Shown: positions 44,435-54,591 of the stretch, piece after piece
Numbering within the stretch: position 1 is the stretch's first letter
Layout: each line of letters starts with the position of its first letter
Source: an uncultured Clostridia bacterium
Lineage (GTDB): Bacteria; Bacillota; Clostridia; Tissierellales; DATGTQ01
NCBI GenBank assembly: GCA_964447805.1
Contig: CAYUTQ010000004.1
Span: forward strand, 10,429-74,428
Direction: 5' to 3'
Length of the DNA: 64,000 nt
The notes under the pieces: generated by a model
What the model was told of the DNA's origin: nothing
Database searches by the model: none
The model's input: only the letters and a program-made list of their open reading frames with translations
Position numbers and translations under genes: made by a program

Positions 44435-45185
44435 CATTATATTGAAGAATGTATTTTTTTATAAAAGAAACTGGAAAGAATTGTTGTTAAACACATTAAG
44501 AATCTATCTAAGTGTGATTCCTTTCTATTACTTCGCTCTATCACAATCAAGGGGAGCAGAAAGCATAAGGTTTACTTTATTAACTTTAATTATTGCAGGA
44601 ATAATAAGCAATACGGTTATTGCAGCAAACTACGAACTTTACCAAGAGATTATTAGCGAAAAAATGATAAATTTTAGGATTGCTAATATTAAAATAACGG
44701 AGTATATTTTTGCTCAAACGATTTTTTATTTTTTCATTTATCTAAGCCAATATATTCTGGTTTTAATTGTGATGAATATCTATGGAATTATTGATGTGAA
44801 AGTTTCAATATATACCATAATAAATACAGTACTATTTATGGGAATAATAGTTGTTATATCAGCGATTATAAGCGGCATTCTAGCAGCATTTACTCTTAAA
44901 ACAAAGAGGTTTGCCTACAGCTCCATAATGATGAGTGTTATATTGATATTCTCTGCATGTTATATGCCTTACAGATTGATGAACTCTGGTTTTAAAGGAG
45001 TAGCTCTTTTATCACCATTCACATATATAATAAATATTTTTAGAAGTGCATTTGATGTTGAAAGTTTGATTTTTCCAATTGGAATAATATATCTGATACT
45101 GATTATTCAAATTTTAGTTTTGGGATTTATATTGGTGAGAATATTATGTAGATATTTTAATGAATTGATAAACAACACTATATAA
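44427..45185 (+). CDS. ABC-2 family permease (second)
   Basis: 252 aa and polytopic. It overlaps the previous permease by 8 nt. Confidence 0.7.
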   Translation: MGSIILKNVFFYKRNWKELLLNTLRIYLSVIPFYYFALSQSRGAESIRFTLLTLIIAGIISNTVIAANYELYQEIISEKMINFRIANIKITEYIFAQTIFYFFIYLSQYILVLIVMNIYGIIDVKVSIYTIINTVLFMGIIVVISAIISGILAAFTLKTKRFAYSSIMMSVILIFSACYMPYRLMNSGFKGVALLSPFTYIINIFRSAFDVESLIFPIGIIYLILIIQILVLGFILVRILCRYFNELINNTI

Positions 45186-45229
45186 CTTCGAAGAGAGAGT
45201 AGGATTATATTAACAACCAAATAATACTA

Positions 45230-45770
45230 ACACTCTTATAAGGGGTACAGCCCACATATATGTAAAAATTGGCCATGTGATGGGGTGATTCTCCAAAAGC
45301 ATTCATTATTTAAATTTCAAAGCTAGATTTAAAAAAATTTGTTATTTAATAAATGTTATGCAAAGTGCCTATAAAATATGGTAGTCACCTTGCATGTTTT
45401 ACCCAGGATAAATTAATAAATTAACACTTTTAGGTAATAATTGTTTTAATGCAAAAAAACATGTACCCTAAAATTAGGAAGGTGAATTTTGTAGCACGAA
45501 AAGCGAAAAAAGTTAGAAGAGCTTTAAAAAAATTTGATGAGAGTGAAATAGATTTTTATTACTAGAAAGTGATATAATAATTAATGAATTAATAAAAAAA
45601 GGGTAAGTCTTTGTTAACGAAAAAAGTAATGAAATCTCAGCAGCGAAGGATTTACTGAAGATAAAAGATACAGTAGTAACATGTATGCATTAAATACTCA
45701 GAAACCTACAGTAGAAGAAGTAATAATAAGGTATAAAGGAAACTATGTAGGTGCATTAAAGGGTAACATC
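45230..45770 (+). pseudogene. Scattered transposase debris (ISAs1-like fragments)
   Basis: Short frame pieces such as NEISAAKDLLKIKDTVVT and ...GNYVGALKGN resemble ISAs1-family blocks, but they are broken by stops and out of order. Confidence 0.3.
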
Positions 45771-47200
45771 ATGTCTAAATATTCATTTGAATTTAAGTTA
45801 AGAGTAGTTAAAGAATAAATGGAGGGAGAAACTGGTGGTTACAAGTCTGTAGCTAAGAAATATGATGTAATAAATCATGGCTTGATTAGATATTGGGTTA
45901 ATGATTATAAAAAGTATGGAGAAGAGGGACTAAAAAGAAAGTCTACAAAAACTTTTTACTCTGGAGAATTTAAGCTTCGTGTATTACAATATAGGTAATA
46001 CCATAATTGCTCTTACAAAGAAGCTGCTAACCACTTTGTCAATTAGCAATCAGGCTACGATTGCTAATTGACAAAGGAAGTACTTAGATGAAGGCTTCGA
46101 AGGGCTTAATAAGTCGATTGGGAGGCCTAGTACTATGTCTGAAAATAAGAAGGAAAAAGATACTTTAAATCTCACGAAAAGTGAAAAAGAGGAACTAATA
46201 GAATTAAGAGAAGAAAATGAATTTTTGAGAGCGAGCTTGGCATATGAAAAAAAGTTAAAAGCCTTAATCCAAGAAAGAGAGCAAAAACAAGGAAAAGACA
46301 AAAGTAATAATGAAATTAAGGCAGAGGTTTCCTTCAATCAAATTGAAAATCTGGCTTAAGATATCTAACTTACCTAAGAGTTCATTTTATGAGTGGGTAC
46401 AAAAAATAGAAACAGTTAACAAAGAAGAATTAGAATTGACTAATGTTATAAAAAATATATTTGAAGAGTCTAATGAAACTTATGGATACAGAAGAATTGC
46501 TATTGCTTTAAAACAAAGGGTTTTAAGGTCAATCACAAAAGAGTATATAGAATTATGAGAGAAAATGATTTGAAGTACATAAAATTTTCCAGAAGATCTA
46601 GAGGCTATAGTTCTTTCAAAGGTGAAGTTGGAAGAATAGCGGAGAATAAGTTAAATAGGCAGTTCCAGGTAACAGCCCCTAATAAAGTATGGGTTACAGA
46701 TGTAACTGAATTTAAAATTCAAGGTAGCAATAAAAAACTTTATCTATCACCTATTATGGATCCTTTTAATAGTGAAATAATTTCTTTTAATCTATCTACA
46801 GCTCCTACGATGAAATTTACCACAGATGTCTTAGATGATGCTCTTAAAAAGCTTCCTAAGAAGCATCAATTAACAATTCACTCTGACCAAGGCTTCCATT
46901 ATCAGCATGTTCAATGGGTGAAAAGATTAAAAAATAGAAATATTGAACAAAGTATGTCTAGAAGAGGAAATTGTATAGATAACTCTCCAATGGAAGACTT
47001 CTTCGGGTTATTGAAACAAAAAATGTACTATGGAGAAAAATTCACATCAATTAATCAGTTGAAGAAAAACATTACAGGATATATTAACTGGTATAATAAC
47101 AAAAGAATAAAAGAAAAATTAAACGGCCTGTCACCTATTGAGTATAGGCAACAAGCCGAATAATTAATATTATCCGAAAGTTCGGATTAAAGGGTTCACA
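45771..47200 (+). mobile_element. IS3-family (IS150-like) element, transposase pseudogenised in orfA, orfB integrase core largely intact
   Basis: orfA MSKYSFEFKLRVVKE*MEGETGGYKSVAKKYDV...YSGEFKLRVLQYR* has in-frame stops. Leucine-zipper-like pieces lie at 46135-46558. The rve core at 46555-47163 has W.TD.T...HSDQG...GNCIDNSPME. The sequence ends ...GGGTTCACA at 47200 (the IS3 ...CA terminus). Confidence 0.7.
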
Positions 47201-47226
47201 TCATAACATCTATGATTTTAAATCAT

Positions 47227-47424
47227 TTATAGTTTTACTATATTTTCAGCTTGATTACCACGAGTGCCTTTTTCAACATTAAAACTTACACGATCACCTT
47301 CGTCTAAAGTTTTAAATCCATCAGATTGAATTTGTGAAAAATGAGCAAAAACATCCTCACTATTTTCTGTTGTAATAAATCCGTATCCTTTATCTGCGTT
47401 AAACCATTTTACTGTACCTGTCAT
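47227..47424 (-). CDS. cspA: Cold-shock protein (CspA family)
   Basis: [17 protein letters not shown]...DVFAHFSQI contains the RNP1/RNP2 motifs. 65 aa. Confidence 0.95.
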   Translation of the reverse strand: MTGTVKWFNADKGYGFITTENSEDVFAHFSQIQSDGFKTLDEGDRVSFNVEKGTRGNQAENIVKL

Positions 47425-48290
47425 ATTATGGTACCTCCATTATTTTTTATTTCTGTAATTTATGGAAATAAAAAATTCACATAAAATTACAGATTATACT
47501 TAGTTCCAATTTATAATCTCTAATTTTATGTGAATCAAAATTCTAAACATATTAAACTTGAAAATTAAATATAAAACTAATATAAATTTAATTATACACT
47601 ATAAAGGATTTTTATGCAACCCTAAATATTTAATAATTTGATTCTAAGTGAAAAAACATTAAAATCTTATCACTAAAGGTGTTGCTATTCCATGTTATTA
47701 GAGGGGAAATAGATTTAATTATTGAGCTTTGTGATAAAAATAAAAAGATGTTTAAATGATAGGAGACAATACATTTGTAACAAGAAAAAATAAAAAAGGA
47801 AAGACCTCTGAAATAGAAGGAATCTTTCCTTATGAAAACAATTATAACAGAAGAGATGAGATTTTGTTAAAGGGTAGCTGAATATGCAATTAAACATGAT
47901 AATAATGCTAAAGTGGCTAGAAGATATCACACTAAATGTAGTGAGCAATATAGTGGTAGAAATGATAAGCAAAAAATATGGTAGAATTACTATTAGAACT
48001 TCAGAAATATATTCTGCCACCAAGTGGGTTCTATATACTTATGACATCTTTATTGTCACCTCAAGGCATGTGGAGTGCATAGCGTTGATACAAAAGAAAA
48101 TGTCCTAACATAAAAAACTCTTGCTTTTTTAAATAATCTCTTGCCTTTGCTATAAAAAACATCTGCTTCTTCCATAAAATCCACTTAGATTTTAGTTAAA
48201 TAAATCATGGAAACTCATCTTATATCCTATGAAAATTGAAACTAAGAACTGGATTCAGAACACAAGGGGACTGTCCCCTTGTGTTCTGAT

Positions 48291-49091
48291 TTATAAATGT
48301 TCTATGACTTCTTTCATAGTATATAAACCTGGTTTTTTATCTTTTAAAAATAGAGCTGCCTTACATCCTCCATTAGCAAAGCATTGCCAATTGTGGGCAT
48401 GGTGGGTGATCTCTAATCTTTCTCCCATAAGTCCAAACATAACTGTATGACTACTAGATATATCACCTGCCCTTAAAGAATGATATGTTATTTTATCCTT
48501 TTCTCGTGGACTATTACCATATCTTCCAAATTGAGCTAATTCCTTTAATTCTTTATTAAAGGTGTGAGCTAAAATTTCTCCAATTTCTAAAGCAGTCCCA
48601 CTTGGTGCGTCTGTTTTATATCTATCATGCATTTCTATTATTTCAATATCAGACATATTACCTATGGTTTTAGCTGTAATTTCTATTAATTTATACATAA
48701 GATTTACTACCATAGAAGTATTACTTGCTAAAACTACTGGTATTTCCTTTGATATTTCCTCTATTCTGTTTAGTTGATCTTCTGAAAAACCTGTAGTTCC
48801 ACAAACTACTGATTTTTTATTTTTTAATGCAGCCTCAAATACACACATAGATGTTTCTGCATCTGTAAAATCAATAATACAATCACATTTATCTATAACA
48901 GAATTTAAATTATCTACAACCTTGCAACCTATACTTTTGCCTAAGTTTGAAACTATACCAACATCTTGTCCTGTGTAATCTCTTTCTTTTGGTGCTAATG
49001 CTGCTATAAGTTCTATATCTTTGTTATTATAACAAGATTTGACCACAAGGCTTCCCATCTTTCCTCTTGGTCCAGTGACTATTATTTTCAT
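48291..49091 (-). CDS. dapB: 4-hydroxy-tetrahydrodipicolinate reductase
   Basis: 266 aa. N-terminal Rossmann MKIIVTGPRGKMG and the DapB C-terminal block (E..H..K.DAPSGTA...H.R.GD..G.H.V.F) are present. Confidence 0.85.
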   Translation of the reverse strand: MKIIVTGPRGKMGSLVVKSCYNNKDIELIAALAPKERDYTGQDVGIVSNLGKSIGCKVVDNLNSVIDKCDCIIDFTDAETSMCVFEAALKNKKSVVCGTTGFSEDQLNRIEEISKEIPVVLASNTSMVVNLMYKLIEITAKTIGNMSDIEIIEMHDRYKTDAPSGTALEIGEILAHTFNKELKELAQFGRYGNSPREKDKITYHSLRAGDISSSHTVMFGLMGERLEITHHAHNWQCFANGGCKAALFLKDKKPGLYTMKEVIEHL

Positions 49092-49685
49092 AATATCAAC
49101 TCCTATTATTGTATTATTTTTAACTTAACACATAAGAGTAATGAGGTCAATAAAAAGGATACTATCCAATTTCCCTTTTAATTATTTCTACTATTGATAG
49201 TACAATACTATTCATAGGGAATTTCTTTTTTTGTGGATTAAGTAATTACATTATTAAATGTAGGATTGTTCTCTATATTTTTGTCCTACAATTATTTTAC
49301 ACTAAGAAAAACACTGGATATTAAATAAGTGGGACTTATTTTTTATGTTCAAGATAGGCGGACAAATAAATTTTTAATATTGCATTTAAGTCTTGAAAAT
49401 TGAAGACTTAGAAAAGAATGAATTGTAAATGCGTATTGAACTTAAATAAGGAGAATGGCTATTTTATGGGGTTGTATTAATTTTGACGATTAGAGGTAGT
49501 GTAGTATAATTTAAGTGAAATATCAGAAATTTCAAACAAGACAATATTTGCAATTTTTAACATATTAAATTTATCTAACTCTTATGCAAAAGGACATGTA
49601 TGTGTTGTAGAAGAGTTATTATGTGAAAGAGAAGAATTTGATTTTTAAATAGTTCTTCTCTTTTAATAAAAATAAGGGGGGGATT

Positions 49686-49919
49686 TTGGTGGAAAACTTG
49701 AAGTGGGAAGGAAATAGCAAAATGATGTATGGAACTATTTTGAAAGCAACACCAGAGTTGTTACAGGGAGGTATTAAAAGACTTGTAGCATCTTGGGTTG
49801 AAAAGCATGAAGTAGATGTAGTGACAGAGGATATGGTTTTTGAAGTATTAGATGATATAGCACCAAGTGAAGCTAGAGACAAGATTGGGCCTATATTGGA
49901 AACTATGAGAAGTAAATAA
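49686..49919 (+). CDS. Small PCP_red-like domain protein (77 aa)
   Basis: A G-rich RBS (GGGGGGG) precedes it. The W..E......L...P......I...V......E.....VT.EMV pattern resembles the small PCP-reductase-type domain often found next to Fe-S/flavin reductases. Confidence 0.45.
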   Translation: MVENLKWEGNSKMMYGTILKATPELLQGGIKRLVASWVEKHEVDVVTEDMVFEVLDDIAPSEARDKIGPILETMRSK

Positions 49920-49934
49920 TAAGGAGGGATTTTT

Positions 49935-51659
49935 GTGGATACTATTAGAATCAATATAGGGGGAAATGGAGAAATAATAAAGGAAAGAAATGTAGTTGCA
50001 CATATAGATCCAAAACTATGTGTGAACTGTGGAAGATGTAGAAGAATATGTCCTACTGAGTCTATAGAAGAACTCCAGCGAATAATATGTAGGCAATGTC
50101 CAGATTGTGCAGAGAGTGAAATAATGTTCCATAACGATGCAAAGGAATATGCTCACGAACACACTTGCTCAATTGCTTGCCCATTGGGAACTGTTCCTGA
50201 AGGATATGTAAATTTAATAGCTGAAGGGAAATTTGAAGAGGCTTATGAGGTTATTAGAGAATTAAACCCATTGCCATCAGTATGCAGTAGGATATGTCAT
50301 AAACCTTGTGAAGATGAATGCAAGAGGGGACTTTTGATTGATAACCCAATAAATATAAGAGGGTTAAAGCGATTTATAATGGATAAATATGGTGATAAAG
50401 AACTAAAGTTTAATAATAAATATGATATAAAAGTAGCTGTAGTTGGTGCAGGCCCTGCAGGGCTTACAGCAGCTTTTGATTTAGCTAAAAAGGGATATAA
50501 GGTGACTATATTTGAATCTTCTCCAGAACCTGGTGGAATGATGAGAAAAGGTATACCATCTTTTAGATTAGATAAAGATATTTTGCGAGAAGAAATAAGA
50601 ACACTAGAAGATGCAGGGATAGAGATTAAATACAATATGACTGTAGGAAAGAATCCAACTATTGAAGATTTGATTGATGATGATTATGAAGCAGTTTTAT
50701 TGGCTGTCGGAGCTCAAAAGGGAACTAAGCTTCCTATAGAAAAAAATTATGCAGAAATGGTATATGATGCTGTAAGCCTTATGGAAAATGTAAATGCTGA
50801 AACTCCAGTGGATATAGGAGAAAAAGCTGTTATCATAGGAGCTGGTTCAGTAGCAGTAGATACAGCTAGAGCACTTCTAAGACTTGGAGTTAAGGAAGCT
50901 ACTTGTGTATGTATAGAAGATGATAATACTATACCAGCACCTTGTGGAGAAGTAGAAGAAGCAAAAGAAGAAGGGGTTAAATTCATAACTAGTGCTGCAC
51001 CTACTAAGATAAAGGCAGAATGGATAACTGTAAATGGTGTGGAATTCAAGAAAGTAGACAGAATAGAAAGGGATTCTTGCGGTAGACTTAAACCTATAAT
51101 GATAGATGATGATACTTTTGAATTGGAATGCGATATGGTAGTATTTGCTACTGGTCAAGTGCCAGATACAAAAATACTTATGGAAAATTCAAGCATTGAA
51201 TTTGATAGAGCAGGAAGGCCTATATTTGATGAAGACACTATGATGACTAATATGGATAAGGTATTTGTAGCAGGGGATTTAACAGTGGCAAGAGGTTCTG
51301 TAACTGATGCTATGGCTTCAGGAAGAAAAGCAGCTCTTGAAATTGATAATATGATTATGGAAAGAAAATTGGAAAGCAAGATAGATCATGAACTAAAGAC
51401 TGCACCTATAAAGGAAATGATTTATCCTGTAAGACTTGAAAAATTGTATACACAAAAGATGCCAAAGTCTAAAGAAATGGATTTTGGAGAGGTAGAATTG
51501 GGATTTAATGAAAAACAAGCAATTAAAGAAGCAAGAAGATGTATGAAATGTGGATATGAACATGTAGTTGAGGATACTTGTATAGGTTGTGGTGCTTGTA
51601 CAAATGTTTGTCTTGAAAATGCTATATCATTAGTAAAAGTAGAAAGAGAGGAGGAATAA
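49935..51659 (+). CDS. GltD-like NAD(P)H-dependent FAD oxidoreductase flanked by 4Fe-4S ferredoxin domains
   Basis: N-terminal CVNCGRCRRICP, central VAVVGAGPAGLTAAFDLAKKGYKVTIFE...GG (the glutamate-synthase small-subunit-type dinucleotide fold), and C-terminal CIGCGACTNVC. Confidence 0.8.
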   Translation: MDTIRINIGGNGEIIKERNVVAHIDPKLCVNCGRCRRICPTESIEELQRIICRQCPDCAESEIMFHNDAKEYAHEHTCSIACPLGTVPEGYVNLIAEGKFEEAYEVIRELNPLPSVCSRICHKPCEDECKRGLLIDNPINIRGLKRFIMDKYGDKELKFNNKYDIKVAVVGAGPAGLTAAFDLAKKGYKVTIFESSPEPGGMMRKGIPSFRLDKDILREEIRTLEDAGIEIKYNMTVGKNPTIEDLIDDDYEAVLLAVGAQKGTKLPIEKNYAEMVYDAVSLMENVNAETPVDIGEKAVIIGAGSVAVDTARALLRLGVKEATCVCIEDDNTIPAPCGEVEEAKEEGVKFITSAAPTKIKAEWITVNGVEFKKVDRIERDSCGRLKPIMIDDDTFELECDMVVFATGQVPDTKILMENSSIEFDRAGRPIFDEDTMMTNMDKVFVAGDLTVARGSVTDAMASGRKAALEIDNMIMERKLESKIDHELKTAPIKEMIYPVRLEKLYTQKMPKSKEMDFGEVELGFNEKQAIKEARRCMKCGYEHVVEDTCIGCGACTNVCLENAISLVKVEREEE

Positions 51660-51661
51660 TA

Positions 51662-52837
51662 ATGAAGACTATTGAGAGAGATGTAATTGTTGTAGGCGCA
51701 GGTCCTGGTGGCTCAACAGCAGCTTCCTATTTGGCAAAGGCTGGAGTAGATGTTTTGCTTTTAGATAAAGAAAAGTTTCCTAGGGATAAGCCTTGTGCAG
51801 ATGCTCAAAGTGGTAGGACTATGATTCATGTAAAGGAATTAGGGGCATTAGAAGAGTTAGCTAGTGTAGGAAGTCCTATAAAAGGTATTTTATTTTCCTC
51901 TCCAAATTATGACCATGTATTTGTAAATATACCAGATGGAGCTGGATTTATAACTCCAAGATGGATATTTGATAATTTGATGAGAAAAACTGCAGAAAGA
52001 CATGGGGCGGAAGTATTAGAAAATTGTTGGGTTTATGATGTGATAAAAGAGGATGGCTATGTAAAGGGTGTAAAAGCTAAGTACCAAGGCGAATATGTAG
52101 AATTTCGTTCAAAGCTTGTTATAGGTGCAGATGGTTCACATTCAATGGTAGCTAAAGCAATAGATATGTTCCCAGAGGAACCAGAGAATGTAACTCCAGC
52201 CCTTAGAACATATTTTACAGGAGTGGAGCTTAGCCCAGAAGCTCAAAATGAAGGGTATATTGAATTTCATTTTGATAAAAGGGTTGCACCAGGATACATC
52301 TGGATATTTCCATCTGGAAAAAATGGCATGAGCGAAGGATTTTGTAATGTAGGACTAGGTATTACAAATAGAGATTTATATCAAGATATTTCTCTTGAAG
52401 ATAGATTTTATGATTGGGTCGAAGGAAGCTCTTATGGGGAGAGAATTAATAGGGCTAAACAAGTAGCACCTTGGAAGGGCTGGAGAGTTCCATGTGCAGC
52501 TCAAAGGATGAATAACTATGATAACGGTGTAATGCTAATAGGTGATGCTGGAAGTACAGTTATTCCTCTAATAGATGAAGGAGTATCTGCTGCTTGTGAT
52601 AGTGCTTATTTTGCTGCAGAAACTGCTATGAAAGCTTTAGAGGCCAAAGACTATTCAGCTAATTTCTTAAAGAGCTATAAAGAAAAATTTGATGAGGCTT
52701 ATGATGATAGAGTAAAGACAATAAAAATAGTTGAAGCAAGTATAGTAGATCCAGAAGTTATGAATAAAATAGTTTATCTACTTAATAACAATGAAGAATT
52801 CAGAAAAAAGGCATTTATGAAGATGTTTAGAGGATAA
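51662..52837 (+). CDS. Geranylgeranyl-reductase-family FAD-dependent oxidoreductase
   Basis: VIVVGAGPGGSTAASYLAKAGVDVLLLDKEKFPRDKPC and GDAG are hallmarks of the GGR/FixC-like family. Confidence 0.7.
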   Translation: MKTIERDVIVVGAGPGGSTAASYLAKAGVDVLLLDKEKFPRDKPCADAQSGRTMIHVKELGALEELASVGSPIKGILFSSPNYDHVFVNIPDGAGFITPRWIFDNLMRKTAERHGAEVLENCWVYDVIKEDGYVKGVKAKYQGEYVEFRSKLVIGADGSHSMVAKAIDMFPEEPENVTPALRTYFTGVELSPEAQNEGYIEFHFDKRVAPGYIWIFPSGKNGMSEGFCNVGLGITNRDLYQDISLEDRFYDWVEGSSYGERINRAKQVAPWKGWRVPCAAQRMNNYDNGVMLIGDAGSTVIPLIDEGVSAACDSAYFAAETAMKALEAKDYSANFLKSYKEKFDEAYDDRVKTIKIVEASIVDPEVMNKIVYLLNNNEEFRKKAFMKMFRG

Positions 52838-53043
52838 TATACTTTCAAGATAGGTTAACAGTAAAAACATCTTCAAGCCATTAAATATCATAGTTATAGA
52901 TAAAATGTATGTAAATCCTATTCAAGGGTGATTAAATACAATCTCTAGATTTAGGGATTGTATTTTCTTTGACATTAAAATTTTATGTTATAGGATAAAA
53001 ATAAGAATATTTGTAATTTTCCTTAAAAATAGGGAGGGATAGT

Positions 53044-54588
53044 ATGGCAAAGTATAAAGATTCTTATGATGCAATCATTATAGGCTCCAGTCTTGGTGGC
53101 CTTTCTGCTGGTCTTCAGCTAGGGATGGCAGGGAAAAAGGTTCTCATCCTAGAACAGCACAATCTACCAGGTGGCTTAGCTACTAGTTTTGTAAGAGGGC
53201 CTTATGAATTTGAGGCAACCCTTCATGAATTACAAAGTGTAGGAACTGAAAAGCATCCAAGAAAAGTTAGAAAGTTTATGGATGAGGCTGGAGTGGAAGT
53301 AGAATGGCTTCAAGTGCCAGAAGCTTATAGAGTTATATTACCTAATGAAGATATTGACGTAGTTATGCCTTATGGCATAGAAAACATGATTGATGTAGTA
53401 GAAAAAGAAGTACCAGGAACTAGAGAAAAAATGACTGAACTAATGAGAGTTTGTAAGGAAGTAACAGATAGTGTTAACTATTTTGGTGAAATAGGAGGAG
53501 CAGACAAATTAAGCAAGAGAGAAATATTAAAGAATCATGAAGCTTTTGTGAAAACTACAGGATATAGTGCACAGGAGGTAATAGATACTTTTGAACTTCC
53601 TGAAAGAGCAATCCATATTATTTCACCATATTGGATCTATGTAGGAGTACCACTAAGTAGGCTTTCATTTACAGTATGGGCTTATTTAATGGCAGACTAT
53701 TTTGAAGGTGGAGCTGTAGTTTGTAGAAACAACTCCCATGCAATAAGTGTAGCAATGGATAAGAGAGTTAGAGAATTAGGAGGACAGATTGAATATAGGA
53801 CTAGAGTAGATAAAATATTGGTTGAAGACAACAAAGTTGTTGGAGTTAGAACAGAAGATGGAGATGTGATAAAATCTGACTACGTTATTTCAGGTTCCTA
53901 TCCAAACAAGGTATATACCAAGATGATTGAACCACTAGATGTAGTTCCTAAAGAGGCTATAAAGCTTACTAATGCTAGGAACATAGGGGTTACAGCTTTT
54001 GTTGTATATCTTGCACTAAAGGGAACACCTGAAGAGCTAAAACTAAATGATTATAGCTATTTTGTTGGAAGTACCATGGATACAGATGAAATATGGGAAA
54101 ACTATAAGACAATAGATCCACCAAAATATATAACTACTATAGTTTTGAACAATGCAGATAGTAAATGTTTCCCTGAAGGAACAACAGAGATGAGCATCAC
54201 TTGTCTTCCTAAACCTGATGGTTGGCTAGATGTAAAACCAGAAGAGTATCATGATCTAAAGAGAAGAATTGCTAAATCTATGATTAAAATGATGGGAGAT
54301 TCCATAGGAGTAAATTTATTTGATCATATTGAAGAGATAGAAATAGCTGCTCCTCCTACTATAGCTAGATATACTGGCTCTTGGAATGGTTCTGTATATG
54401 GATATGAACACCAAGTTTGGGATTCTATAATAGCCAGGATAGCTACAGAGAGGGAAGAAAGATATATAAAAGGATTAGAATTTGCAGGAGCACATGCTTC
54501 CATAGGTAATGGATATGCACCAAATATTACTTCAGGAAGGAAAGCTGCTGGCGAAATACTAAAAGATATGAGAGAAAAGGAGGCATAG
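53044..54588 (+). CDS. Phytoene-desaturase (CrtI)-like NAD(P)/FAD-dependent oxidoreductase
   Basis: DAIIIGSSLGGLSAGLQLGMAGKKVLILEQHNLPGG at the N-terminus, about 514 aa, with the C-terminal FAG..A..G.G motif of amine-oxidase/CrtI-fold enzymes. Confidence 0.7.
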   Translation: MAKYKDSYDAIIIGSSLGGLSAGLQLGMAGKKVLILEQHNLPGGLATSFVRGPYEFEATLHELQSVGTEKHPRKVRKFMDEAGVEVEWLQVPEAYRVILPNEDIDVVMPYGIENMIDVVEKEVPGTREKMTELMRVCKEVTDSVNYFGEIGGADKLSKREILKNHEAFVKTTGYSAQEVIDTFELPERAIHIISPYWIYVGVPLSRLSFTVWAYLMADYFEGGAVVCRNNSHAISVAMDKRVRELGGQIEYRTRVDKILVEDNKVVGVRTEDGDVIKSDYVISGSYPNKVYTKMIEPLDVVPKEAIKLTNARNIGVTAFVVYLALKGTPEELKLNDYSYFVGSTMDTDEIWENYKTIDPPKYITTIVLNNADSKCFPEGTTEMSITCLPKPDGWLDVKPEEYHDLKRRIAKSMIKMMGDSIGVNLFDHIEEIEIAAPPTIARYTGSWNGSVYGYEHQVWDSIIARIATEREERYIKGLEFAGAHASIGNGYAPNITSGRKAAGEILKDMREKEA

Positions 54589-54591
54589 TTC

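Noticed and set aside
46135-46558. Two short ORFs (74 and 82 aa) listed separately in the ORF track.
   Set aside because: They are fragments of the same IS3-family transposase (the leucine-zipper/linker region) broken by frameshifts. I annotated them as part of the degraded IS element rather than as genes.
47715-48108. Two overlapping ORFs on opposite strands (47715-48023 minus, 47884-48108 plus) between cspA and dapB.
   Set aside because: They are mutually exclusive and low in complexity. Another frame shows only a broken HTH-like fragment (VAEYAIKHDNNAKVARRYH...) that suggests old transposase debris. The evidence is insufficient to call a gene.
48229-48450. A 73-aa plus-strand ORF overlapping the 3' end of dapB.
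   Set aside because: It is antisense to a confidently identified dapB, with no RBS and no motif.
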